Shown in pieces: positions 9,037 through 18,194 of a DNA stretch of 32,400 nt. Every line of letters begins with the position of its first letter. Positions within the stretch are counted from its first letter, which is position 1. Both the position numbers and the translations under genes were made by a program. Source of the stretch: Clostridiaceae bacterium (GTDB taxonomy: Bacteria; Bacillota; Clostridia; CAYPLH01; DUMO01). The notes beneath the pieces are model-generated. The model saw nothing but the letters and a program-made list of their open reading frames with translations. It had not been told where the DNA came from and did no database searches. The stretch is taken from the NCBI GenBank assembly GCA_012839865.1, contig DUMO01000001.1:1-32400 (forward strand). The letters are read 5' to 3'.

Positions 9037-9229
9037 AAAAAGGACAACAGCTCTATTACAGCAGTACAGCATCGGCAAGGGAAACAGCCAGTTTAAAATG
9101 CCTTGTCATCTAGTAATTCCGCGAACTCGCTTCGCTCGGGCACGCGGACATTACTAAGATTCCAAGGCATTTTAAACTGTGTTTTCCTAAGCCTCGTTGT
9201 AAAAGCTGTAATAGAGCTGTTGTCTTTTT
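9037..9229. repeat. ~195-bp nested palindromic element, copy 2 (inverted relative to copy 1)
   Basis: Same terminal and inner IRs as 6324-6518; 15 substitutions and one indel relative to the reverse complement of copy 1. Confidence 0.88.
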
Positions 9230-9382
9230 CAACTGCCTGCCACACCATTAATGAAATGTGTGTAGAGCAATAACAAATGGATTTATTTTGCTTCCAGCAC
9301 TTTCAACGTTGTCCTTTTAATTGTGAATAATTCAGGAAAAATATTGAAATAATAGTTACTGATACTTTAGGAGGTAAAAGAA

Positions 9383-9832
9383 TTGGCCGGAGGACGTACT
9401 TTGAAGGACAGCTCAACAGTTGCACAATTTTTAAAATATTCATTGGCGGGCGGAATTGCAACTTTAGTTGATTTTACTGTGTTTTCGTTGGCCGCAGGCG
9501 CACTTGGAGTAAACCACATTTTAGCAAATACACTCTCCTTCACTGCCGGTTTGGCTGTGAACTATTTATTAAGCGCAAGCTGGGTTTTCAGGACCGAAAC
9601 AAACAATAAGGCAAGGGATTTTGCAGTATTTTCAGTTATAGGAATTATCGGTCTTGGATTAACCAACCTTTTACTTTACCTGTTTATAGACCTGGGAATA
9701 ATGCTGCGGATTTTTTATTTTCTTCATGAAGACATGATACTTATGTTATCCAAAATGATAACTGTTGCAATAGTACTTGTTTGGAATTTTTCAGCCAGAA
9801 AAAAATTTCTCTTCAGGGCAAATGCCACATAG
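9383..9832 (+). CDS. GtrA family flippase-like membrane protein
   Basis: QFLKYSLAGGIATLVDF, ANTLSF...NYLLSASWVF, K...VLVWNF pattern, ~4 TM; AGGAGG RBS. Confidence 0.88.
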   Translation: MAGGRTLKDSSTVAQFLKYSLAGGIATLVDFTVFSLAAGALGVNHILANTLSFTAGLAVNYLLSASWVFRTETNNKARDFAVFSVIGIIGLGLTNLLLYLFIDLGIMLRIFYFLHEDMILMLSKMITVAIVLVWNFSARKKFLFRANAT

Positions 9833-9908
9833 GGAAGTAAGTGCCGGGCAGTTAAAAATTACAACATCTTCTTACGGTATAAAGGCCAAAATGGAAAGGA
9901 GGTATTGC

Positions 9909-11321
9909 ATGGCGGATGATATAGTTATAATGGGTGCAGGTCCTGCAGGTCTGGCTGCCGGATACGAACTTGCAAAAAACAACTGTAAACCAATGCTTTT
10001 TGAATCACAGGACCAGGTCGGCGGTATAAGCAAGACTATCAAATACAGGGATTTTTATTTTGATCTGGGCGGGCACAGGTTCTTCACCAAATTTAACGAG
10101 GTAAACAACCTCTGGCATGAGGTTTTAGGGGCAGATTTCATTAAGGTTCCAAGGTTGTCCAGGATTTATTATAAAAACAGATACTTCAATTATCCCCTGA
10201 CACCTTTGAATGCCCTGACCGGCATGGGTATTTTTGATACAGTCAAAATAACTTCAAGCTACCTTTACTCAAAAATATTTCCGTACAGCCGGGAAGACAC
10301 ATTTGAACAGTGGGTTTCCAACAGGTTTGGCAGAAAACTTTACTCAATGTTTTTTAAAACATATACCGAGAAGGTCTGGGGAATTCCCTGCTCCCAAATA
10401 CAGGCCGAATGGGCTGCCCAAAGAATCAAAGGCCTCTCTTTGAAAACAGCCGTTTTAAATGCGATATCCAGGAAAAACAACAATATTAAAACACTAATAA
10501 ATGAGTTTGATTATCCAACGCATGGCCCAGGTATGATGTACAATCGAATGAAAGACAAAATAGAGGATATGGGCGGAAAAGTATACATCAATTCCAGAGT
10601 TGACAAGATAAATACAGAAGGAAGCAAAATTAAAAGCTTGGAATACATTGATAAAGACGGCAGGAGAAATATTGTTGAGGGAAGATACTTTATATCAAGC
10701 ATACCTCTAACCGAACTTATAGAAAAACTTTCACCAACGCCGGATACAGCAATTTTAAATGCCGCCTCAAATCTGAAATATAGAAGTTTAATAACTGTTG
10801 ATATTATTGTCGGCAAACAACACCTTTTTCCTGACAACTGGATTTATATACACTCTCCGGATGTCAAGCTTGGACGAATTCAGAATTTTAAAAACTGGAG
10901 CAGCAAAATGGTTCCCGACGAGAATAGAACCTCCCTGGGGCTTGAATATTTCTGCAATGAAAATGACGAATTGTGGAATTTAACGGACGATAAGCTGTTT
11001 GAACTTGCTGCAGATGAAATAGATAAAATAAGGATTTGCAATAAAAAAGATATTGAAGATTATATTGTAATAAGGGTGCCAAAGGCTTATCCGGTTTATA
11101 TGAACGGTTACAAAAAGAACATTGGAATTATTGAGAGCTTTATAAGACAGTTTAAAAACTTGCAACCCGTTGGAAGATATGGCCTCTTCAAGTATAATAA
11201 CATGGACCATTCGGTCCTTACCGGTTTATACGCTGCAAAAAACATACTTGAGGGCACAATAAAATACGACACCTGGAGCGTAAACACAGACAAGGAATAT
11301 CATGAGGAAAAGGCCAATTGA
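9909..11321 (+). CDS. FAD-dependent oxidoreductase, UDP-galactopyranose-mutase-like / HemY-like superfamily
   Basis: GAGPAG, GGISKT, FDLGGHRFF, PKAYPVY, GRYGLFKYNNMDHS. Start moved to the ATG at 9909 (AGGAGG RBS). Confidence 0.82.
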   Translation: MADDIVIMGAGPAGLAAGYELAKNNCKPMLFESQDQVGGISKTIKYRDFYFDLGGHRFFTKFNEVNNLWHEVLGADFIKVPRLSRIYYKNRYFNYPLTPLNALTGMGIFDTVKITSSYLYSKIFPYSREDTFEQWVSNRFGRKLYSMFFKTYTEKVWGIPCSQIQAEWAAQRIKGLSLKTAVLNAISRKNNNIKTLINEFDYPTHGPGMMYNRMKDKIEDMGGKVYINSRVDKINTEGSKIKSLEYIDKDGRRNIVEGRYFISSIPLTELIEKLSPTPDTAILNAASNLKYRSLITVDIIVGKQHLFPDNWIYIHSPDVKLGRIQNFKNWSSKMVPDENRTSLGLEYFCNENDELWNLTDDKLFELAADEIDKIRICNKKDIEDYIVIRVPKAYPVYMNGYKKNIGIIESFIRQFKNLQPVGRYGLFKYNNMDHSVLTGLYAAKNILEGTIKYDTWSVNTDKEYHEEKAN

Positions 11322-11456
11322 GTGATTATCTCAGCAAAAAAATAAACCGCAATTGCAGTCCCTGATGTACTGTTGATAACTGTTCAGATATTTATAGGAC
11401 CATTTCATAGATACTACTCTGATACTGCAATATTCTGTAAAAAAAAGAAAGGAGGG

Positions 11457-11492
11457 AAAACAAAAGGAGGGCTTTTCGCCCCCCCTTGTTTT
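11457..11492 (-). terminator. Intrinsic terminator downstream of the MCP gene
   Basis: On the minus strand AAAACAAGGGGGGGC-GAAAA-GCCCTCCTTTTGTTTT (G.U-compatible stem), followed by a pyrimidine/T run. Confidence 0.6.
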
Positions 11493-11557
11493 TTAAAAGC
11501 TGACTTTTTCATCCCTGACACCGGTTGGTACCGAATAAAGCTATACTAAAGGATTTC

Positions 11558-13711
11558 TTATTCCAGTTTGAAAGCCTTTATTACATTTGCCAAATCCTGT
11601 GCCATGGAGTTAAGTTCCTTGGCAAGGCTGGAAAGTGATTCGGAACCTGCCATCATTTCCTGGGTGCTGGCGGAAACCTCCTCCGCTGTAGCTGCAGCTT
11701 CTTCGGACACTGCTGAAATACCTTCTATGGATTCCTGGGTTTTTTCCCTCGAAAGTATCATCTCTTTGACGGATTTTCCGACATTGCCCATCTGTTGTAT
11801 TATGTTCTCCATTGCTGTGTAAATTGTATGGAAGGAATCGTCTGTCTCCTTCACTACTTCCATTTGTTCCTCCATAGCAAATTTTGCATTGTTTGCAGCT
11901 TCCACCGTCTTTTCTGTTTTCGCCTGAATCTCATTTATGATCTTGCCTATTGATATGGTGGATTCTTTCGACATATCGGCAAGTTTCCTGACTTCTCCTG
12001 CCACTACCGCAAAACCTCTTCCCGCATCGCCTGCTCGGGCGGCTTCAATAGCGGCATTTAATGAAAGCAGGTTTGTCTGCTCGGAAATATTGGCTATAAC
12101 CTTTATAATCTTTTTTATTTCCTTCATATCGTTGTTCAGGCTGTTAATATCTTCAAGTATTCGTTCTGAAGCGGAACTTGCCTCGAAGGCTTTATTATTC
12201 AGTGATTTTACGGTTGAAAAAGCATTTTCGGTAAGTTTCTGAGTATCATCAACAACTCTGAGAACTTCGCTGACATTGTCATTTACCCTGGATATTTCAT
12301 ATGATAAATTATTCATATGTCCAACACTTTCCGTTACCGCTTCGGCCTGTGACGATGCACCTTCTGCAATTTGCTGCACTGTAAGGGCTATTTGCTCAGA
12401 AGCCGAATAACTCTGCTCTGATGAAGCTGCCAGCTTCGATGCACTATCCATTACCTTGTCGGACGATGATTTGACGTTGGATATAAGAGAACTGATATTG
12501 CCCACCATCTCATTAAAGTTGTTTATGACCTCACCGATCTGATCCCTGCTGTTGTCTGTTATCCGGACTGAAAGATTGCCTTTCTTTGCTTCCTGTGCAA
12601 GGTAAACAAGTTTTTTCAAAGGTGAGTATATACTTAACGAAATTATACCTGAAAGAATAACGGCCAGTATGGAGAATATTACACATATTCCAATAACTCT
12701 CTGGCTTAATTCTTCTGATGCAGATTGAATATATGAATAAGGAATAATTGATATTGCGTACCAATTGGTGTTTCTAATCGGCAAATAAGAAACAAAATAT
12801 TTATCTTTGTTAATGTCACTGTCAAAGGGAAGTGTGTCACTGCCCGCATTAACAAAAGCATTAATTTTATCCACTATATGCTTATGCATATATTCTTTGC
12901 CAATCAAATCCCTATCCTTGTGAGAAATGATTGTATAATCAGAATCAACAATGCAAATCTCCGATCCCTCTCCCATATTGACACCGGCAAAAATATCAGT
13001 AAAAAGATTTTGCGAGTATGTCAGACATAATATGCCAAGGGTTCTCGAAGTAAATGTAATTTGTGGAATTTTTCTTGCAAATATTATATTGGTGTTTTGG
13101 ACATTGTTTTGATTTGTTGATGTGTCAAGCTCCCAAAAATAACCGCGTTCGGATTCTTGCACTTTATTTTGAATATATTCATAATACTGTACAGTGTCTT
13201 TTACATTCATCCCATACTCAAATGTTGTATGAGGATCTAATATTATCACCGCCGATCTCAATGCTTTATTTGTGGATCCTTTACTTGATACTGTACTGCT
13301 AAAGTCATCATAGAAAGTCTTCTTTTCGTATGCAGTCATTTCATTAATTCTCGGCAAATTATCCTGTATAAACGGACTTACCGCCAACTCCATGCTGTCA
13401 TTTTCAGCCCTTTCAATTGCTGAATTCAGGTTTTGGTTCATTTGCACCATAACCATACTCGTATAGTTCTTGATTCTGTTTGTTACCAATTCATTGGATT
13501 TGTTATATACCAATATGCTTGTGATTATCAGCGGCACAAGGGAAAGTGATAAAAATGCCGTCAACAGCCGTGTGGCAATTTTGGTGTACCGCAGAAGCTT
13601 TGCAGGAAAAGTAAAAATGTTGACAAAAAAACTTGCAACCGGTTTTAAGAAATTTGTATTTCCGATTTTTTTAAAAATGCCTGAAAACATGTTTGCTATT
13701 TTAGTAAACAA
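11558..13711 (-). CDS. Methyl-accepting chemotaxis protein (TM, Cache-like sensor, TM, HAMP, signalling domain)
   Basis: [37 protein letters not shown] core; [20 protein letters not shown] at 13711 has a GGGGG RBS; ORF could extend to 13810. Confidence 0.93.
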   Translation of the reverse strand: MFTKIANMFSGIFKKIGNTNFLKPVASFFVNIFTFPAKLLRYTKIATRLLTAFLSLSLVPLIITSILVYNKSNELVTNRIKNYTSMVMVQMNQNLNSAIERAENDSMELAVSPFIQDNLPRINEMTAYEKKTFYDDFSSTVSSKGSTNKALRSAVIILDPHTTFEYGMNVKDTVQYYEYIQNKVQESERGYFWELDTSTNQNNVQNTNIIFARKIPQITFTSRTLGILCLTYSQNLFTDIFAGVNMGEGSEICIVDSDYTIISHKDRDLIGKEYMHKHIVDKINAFVNAGSDTLPFDSDINKDKYFVSYLPIRNTNWYAISIIPYSYIQSASEELSQRVIGICVIFSILAVILSGIISLSIYSPLKKLVYLAQEAKKGNLSVRITDNSRDQIGEVINNFNEMVGNISSLISNVKSSSDKVMDSASKLAASSEQSYSASEQIALTVQQIAEGASSQAEAVTESVGHMNNLSYEISRVNDNVSEVLRVVDDTQKLTENAFSTVKSLNNKAFEASSASERILEDINSLNNDMKEIKKIIKVIANISEQTNLLSLNAAIEAARAGDAGRGFAVVAGEVRKLADMSKESTISIGKIINEIQAKTEKTVEAANNAKFAMEEQMEVVKETDDSFHTIYTAMENIIQQMGNVGKSVKEMILSREKTQESIEGISAVSEEAAATAEEVSASTQEMMAGSESLSSLAKELNSMAQDLANVIKAFKLE

Positions 13712-14068
13712 TCTGTCAGCCCCCCTAAATCTTATGTTATTTATTGAGTGCCTGCGTGAATTATATAAAATAATATCAGTGTTTTCCTTGTCCATTTTAA
13801 CTTGCATCACGCATCAAACAAGTTATCAAACACACAAACGGGCATCAGGCCCATCATCCGGATGCAAAGGCTTGCAATCATCCTCGCTCCAATTTGGATT
13901 GACTGCAGATTTACAGAAACCACCGCTGAGTCATTCAACCACCGGTTATGCACAAGTCCGGTAAGGTGTTTGATGAATTTGGCATTACCATATTTTTTAT
14001 AAAATTCGACATTAAATGCAATATTCCTTCATTATATTTCTAATCAAGAGAATTTTTTGTGTTGCATT

Positions 14069-15154
14069 TCACCTTCCGGTTTGAGGTTTTGCCGAATTTT
14101 CACCGGTTATGGTTTCAGCCTTATCTTCCTGAATCACGGTTTTTGCCGCAGCTCCCCGGGTTATGTTCTTTACCGCATCATCCCGGGTTATGGCTTTTGT
14201 CCCGTCCTCTGTAACACCTGTAAAATTTATCATATCGTTAATTATATACAGGGGGCGCCCTTTTGCCTCGTCATATATTCTTCCGATGTATTCTCCGATA
14301 ATCCCCAGCATCATAAGCACCATACCATTTAATAAAAGGCTGAATCCAAGGGTGGATGCCCAACCCTGAACAGTCTTGCTGGTAAACAATTTTTGATAAA
14401 GCACTATCAGAAGATAAACAAAACTGCAAAGAGAAACCGCCATACCTGTATATGATGCAAGCTTCAACGGTTTGTGGGAGAAGGATGTGATAGCATCAAA
14501 GGCAAATCTCAACATCTTTTTAAGAGGGTACTTTGTAACACCTGCAAAGCGTTTGTTTCTTTTGAATTCAACACTGGTCTGCTTAAATCCAAGCCAGGAT
14601 ATCAGACCCCTAACATACCTGTTCCTTTCATTGACTCTTTTTAACGCATCACAAACCTTTCTGTCAATCAGGCGAAAATCTCCGGCATCAACAGGGATGT
14701 CGAAATCGGTCATTGATTTTAGAAGCCTGTAAAACATCGATGCTGTTGCTTTTTTGAACAGAGTCTCGCCCTCCCGCTCTATTCTTTTGCCATACACAAC
14801 ATCATAGCCTTTTTTCCATTCTTCTATCATGGCAGGTATAACCTCCGGAGGGTCCTGCAGGTCCGCGTCAATTATTACAATTGCATCACCCTGGGTAAAA
14901 TCCATACCGGCGGTGATAGCAATCTGATGTCCGAAGTTCCTTGAAAAGTCCAGAAGCTTTATTCGCTTGTCACTCTTGCATATTTCACTGATAATAGGTA
15001 CTGTTTTGTCCCGGCTTCCGTCATTGACAAAAATAATCTCATAACTTTCATTAAGCTTCTCCATTACTTCGGTCAGCCTTTTATATGTTTCCAAAACCAC
15101 CTCTTCTTCGTTGTATACCGGAACAACAATGGAATAAACACATTTTTGATTCAT
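14069..15154 (-). CDS. GT2 polyprenol-phosphate glycosyltransferase (DPM1-like, GtrB/YkcC/CsbB type)
   Basis: SIVVPVYNEEE, NDGSRD, SRNFGHQIA, DADLQDPPE, GDFRLIDR, two C-terminal TMs, GEYIGRIYDEAKGRPLY. ATG at 15154 with GGGGAG RBS. Confidence 0.92.
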   Translation of the reverse strand: MNQKCVYSIVVPVYNEEEVVLETYKRLTEVMEKLNESYEIIFVNDGSRDKTVPIISEICKSDKRIKLLDFSRNFGHQIAITAGMDFTQGDAIVIIDADLQDPPEVIPAMIEEWKKGYDVVYGKRIEREGETLFKKATASMFYRLLKSMTDFDIPVDAGDFRLIDRKVCDALKRVNERNRYVRGLISWLGFKQTSVEFKRNKRFAGVTKYPLKKMLRFAFDAITSFSHKPLKLASYTGMAVSLCSFVYLLIVLYQKLFTSKTVQGWASTLGFSLLLNGMVLMMLGIIGEYIGRIYDEAKGRPLYIINDMINFTGVTEDGTKAITRDDAVKNITRGAAAKTVIQEDKAETITGENSAKPQTGR

Positions 15155-15215
15155 AACCAACTCCCCTTGTTTTTATTTTTCCCGTTCATCTGTTATTAAT
15201 AAAACCTGTAAAATC

Positions 15216-18194
15216 CTAGAATGTCCATGATTTAAACCATCTAAGCCCTTTAATATAGTCTGTGGAAACCGTCATTCCGGAAAGGGCAGGGAAGAATATA
15301 ACAAACAATAGCAAGACCACACCAAGATAAACATATATTCCATATTTTGCCTTATACTCCTCCATTATATACTTGATTACATATACTATGGACAATATGA
15401 GAAACGGAACGGAGGAGAAAAAGTGGTATATCCATGTGATTCTGGTCACAAGGATCCATGGAGCATATTGAAATAAAAGGGCTGTAAAAACAACAACCAT
15501 TCTCTTGTCCTTTTTCTTTATGGAAAGATAAACAGATACGAAAAAGGCTATTATTCCCACCCACCAGATTGCCGGGTTCCCCATGGAAACGATGGTTGAA
15601 GCTTCTCCTGCCGGCATATCCATACCGGAATAAAACCATGTGGGTCTGTATATAATCGGCCACTGGTACCATGGAGAAGAAAAGGTGTGAGTTGCCTCAA
15701 GCTGGCTGTGGTATCTGTATGCATGCAACTGGAGGGACCAGACCTCCCCTAGGCCGTGCCCCTGTCCTGACAGCATGTATGGGATATAGGACGCTATATA
15801 TATAATTATCGGGATCAAAATAAAGAATACAATGCAGTATGCAGCAGTACCAATTAAATTTAAAGGAATAAAATCATCCGTCCATCGCAAGTCAGCCGGT
15901 ACCGGTTTGTCGGTGTACTTTTTGCCACCAGCAGCTGGTTGCTTTTTACGGTTTGCTGTTTTATTGGTTTTCCTGCTCTTATTTTGCGCCATGTTGATAT
16001 ATTTTTTATAGTCCAGATACTCAATAATTTTAGCAGAGAAAAACAGCAGGGCAAGACCTGCTCCTGCATATATGCTTATCCATTTTGTTGCAACACCGAT
16101 GCCAAAGGTCAAACCGCAATATAATAAAGGCATGAGGGACTTCTTAAATTCCAGTTCATAGGACTTGTTCATGAAATAATCATACATGAAGTAATACATC
16201 AAAATTATGAAAAATGTTGCATACACGTCAATTGTTGCAATCCTTGTCTGGGAAAAGTGCATGAAGTCAAACATTATTAAAAATGCGCTGCAAAAACCAT
16301 AGAAACGCTTTTTGAACATCTTTTTTCCGAACAAGTACATGAGAGGAATCATAGCTGCTCCGAATAATGTGCCAATAATTCTCCACCCGAAAGGATTCAT
16401 GCCAAATATTGCAATGCCTATGGCAATAAACAGTTTTCCAAGGGGCGGGTGGGTATTTTCATAAGGTTCCAGCAGGTTCAAGTGCTCATATGCAGTCCTG
16501 GCATGGTATATTTCGTCAAAATAAGTGTTTGTTAAAAAGGAAGGCCGGTATGCTATTTTTTCAGGCTCATCGAAAAGATTTTCAACAGTGCCTTCATCAT
16601 ACATATCCACAGCCTTATCAGAGATTAAAAAACCTGTAACAGGTTTGCTGCTTGCCTCTTCAAAAAAGCCCAGCTCAAGCAGTGTTCCCCCGGGCTCTTC
16701 GGTTACTATTCTGATTTTTTGGGTTTTTGCATTTATTCTCGTGTAACTCCATTTGTAAAAATCATTTTTCTTAAAGGTGCCAAGGGGTTTGAATTCCCCT
16801 GATTCATCCAGATATTCAATCCTGTAGGTGCCATCTATGTACCAGCCTTCACCATGTCCCTGATAGTAATATATTCTTGAAAGGTTCACCTGTCTTCCAA
16901 AATCAACTGTAAAGTTCTCCCCTGTCCTTACCGGCATCCAGCCGGTTTTGGGAACATTTGTACTTCCAAGATTTATAAGGGCCGGGAATAGGTAAATTAT
17001 CGTCATGGCTGCCATTATGGCAATATCTGCCTTGCGTGATACAAAATGCCCGAATCTGCTGCTTTTAAATGTTAAGAGAACTTTTTGAAAAAGGTTTGCT
17101 TTTTCTAATTCCTGCACTTTCCCTGCATCCTGCAGGGCTGCTGCCTCAAGTGGGGCGGCTTCATTTTCCGGAGCTTTTTCATCCTGTTGGACCACGGCAC
17201 TCTTCAGGGCTCCTTTGTCTTTCGTCTTTTCTGCACCTTTCGCGCTTTCTAAGCCTTGTGCCGCCCTGGCGTCCTGTAAACTCACTTTACCTTGCAGGGT
17301 TGACTTATAAACTGTCCCGGAACCTGAGTCTTCTTTTAAAGACTTTAACTTATCACCTTTTTCGTGTTTTCCGTTAGTTTCAGAATCATCCTCTTCATCA
17401 GGGAAATAATCTCCTTCATATACTTTCTCAGGGTTGTATTGCCTGTCCTTTCTCGTGCAAAAAGCGTACCCTGCACCTGCCAGGGCGGCAAAAAACGCAC
17501 CCAGGTAAATCATCCAGTCACTTCTGAACGAACGTGTGCCGTCTTTTTCTCCGGTGACTGATTCTCCACCGTCTTTCTCCTTTTCCCCGCCGGTTCCCTC
17601 AATTACCGCCATAGGCACACCTGCCGGAATTGCATTGACTTCCTCCACCAACACATCGTCAAAGGAAGCCTTTCCTGTATTTACGTAACCATAGCCCCCC
17701 AGTCCTAATGTTATGTCCAGGGTATTAATTCCCCTGCCTGTTTTGACATATAGTTCTATGCTCTCCCAACCATCGGTGGTGCCTTTTACATCCCGGGAAG
17801 TTTCAAGTCTGCCGGTAATTGATATGTTTGCTCCAAGCCCCGTAAATCCCACATTTTCTGTTTTTACCCAGCAGGAAATTCTATACATGGAGTTTTCCTT
17901 TACATTTATCAATTGCCTGAACCGGGCGTCATTTTCCTTATCGTTGACTATTGTTGCAAATTTTTCACCGGAATGGGCTTCACCTGTTTCAATGTGATAG
18001 GATGTCACGCTTCTGTCGTTCTTCCAGTCCCAGGTATTCCAGAACATGGGCCTTCCGTTGTCGTCTTCTTCAAAAGACGGGTTTAGTGCCAGATTCTCCT
18101 TTTCCGCCAAAGCAGGAGCCAATCCTGCAAAAAGCACAATAAAGGCAAAGAATAATATCAGAAACTTTTTCATTTTGAAGGATGTTTTTTTCAT
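15216..18194 (-). CDS. Multidomain PMT/GT39-like (phospholipid-carrier-dependent) glycosyltransferase with N-terminal CBM4/9-like domain
   Basis: Signal peptide; NLALNPSFEE carbohydrate-binding-like domain; YFDEIYHARTA, ENTHPPLGKLFIA, RIATID, FSSPWYQWP, GNPAIWW, YHFF motifs typical of PMT/PMT_4TMC. Confidence 0.85.
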   Translation of the reverse strand: MKKTSFKMKKFLILFFAFIVLFAGLAPALAEKENLALNPSFEEDDNGRPMFWNTWDWKNDRSVTSYHIETGEAHSGEKFATIVNDKENDARFRQLINVKENSMYRISCWVKTENVGFTGLGANISITGRLETSRDVKGTTDGWESIELYVKTGRGINTLDITLGLGGYGYVNTGKASFDDVLVEEVNAIPAGVPMAVIEGTGGEKEKDGGESVTGEKDGTRSFRSDWMIYLGAFFAALAGAGYAFCTRKDRQYNPEKVYEGDYFPDEEDDSETNGKHEKGDKLKSLKEDSGSGTVYKSTLQGKVSLQDARAAQGLESAKGAEKTKDKGALKSAVVQQDEKAPENEAAPLEAAALQDAGKVQELEKANLFQKVLLTFKSSRFGHFVSRKADIAIMAAMTIIYLFPALINLGSTNVPKTGWMPVRTGENFTVDFGRQVNLSRIYYYQGHGEGWYIDGTYRIEYLDESGEFKPLGTFKKNDFYKWSYTRINAKTQKIRIVTEEPGGTLLELGFFEEASSKPVTGFLISDKAVDMYDEGTVENLFDEPEKIAYRPSFLTNTYFDEIYHARTAYEHLNLLEPYENTHPPLGKLFIAIGIAIFGMNPFGWRIIGTLFGAAMIPLMYLFGKKMFKKRFYGFCSAFLIMFDFMHFSQTRIATIDVYATFFIILMYYFMYDYFMNKSYELEFKKSLMPLLYCGLTFGIGVATKWISIYAGAGLALLFFSAKIIEYLDYKKYINMAQNKSRKTNKTANRKKQPAAGGKKYTDKPVPADLRWTDDFIPLNLIGTAAYCIVFFILIPIIIYIASYIPYMLSGQGHGLGEVWSLQLHAYRYHSQLEATHTFSSPWYQWPIIYRPTWFYSGMDMPAGEASTIVSMGNPAIWWVGIIAFFVSVYLSIKKKDKRMVVVFTALLFQYAPWILVTRITWIYHFFSSVPFLILSIVYVIKYIMEEYKAKYGIYVYLGVVLLLFVIFFPALSGMTVSTDYIKGLRWFKSWTF

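Noticed and set aside
13811..14068. c-di-GMP riboswitch upstream of the MCP gene
   Set aside because: The GGCAAACC...GAAA...GGGACGCAAAG core is absent on the minus strand.
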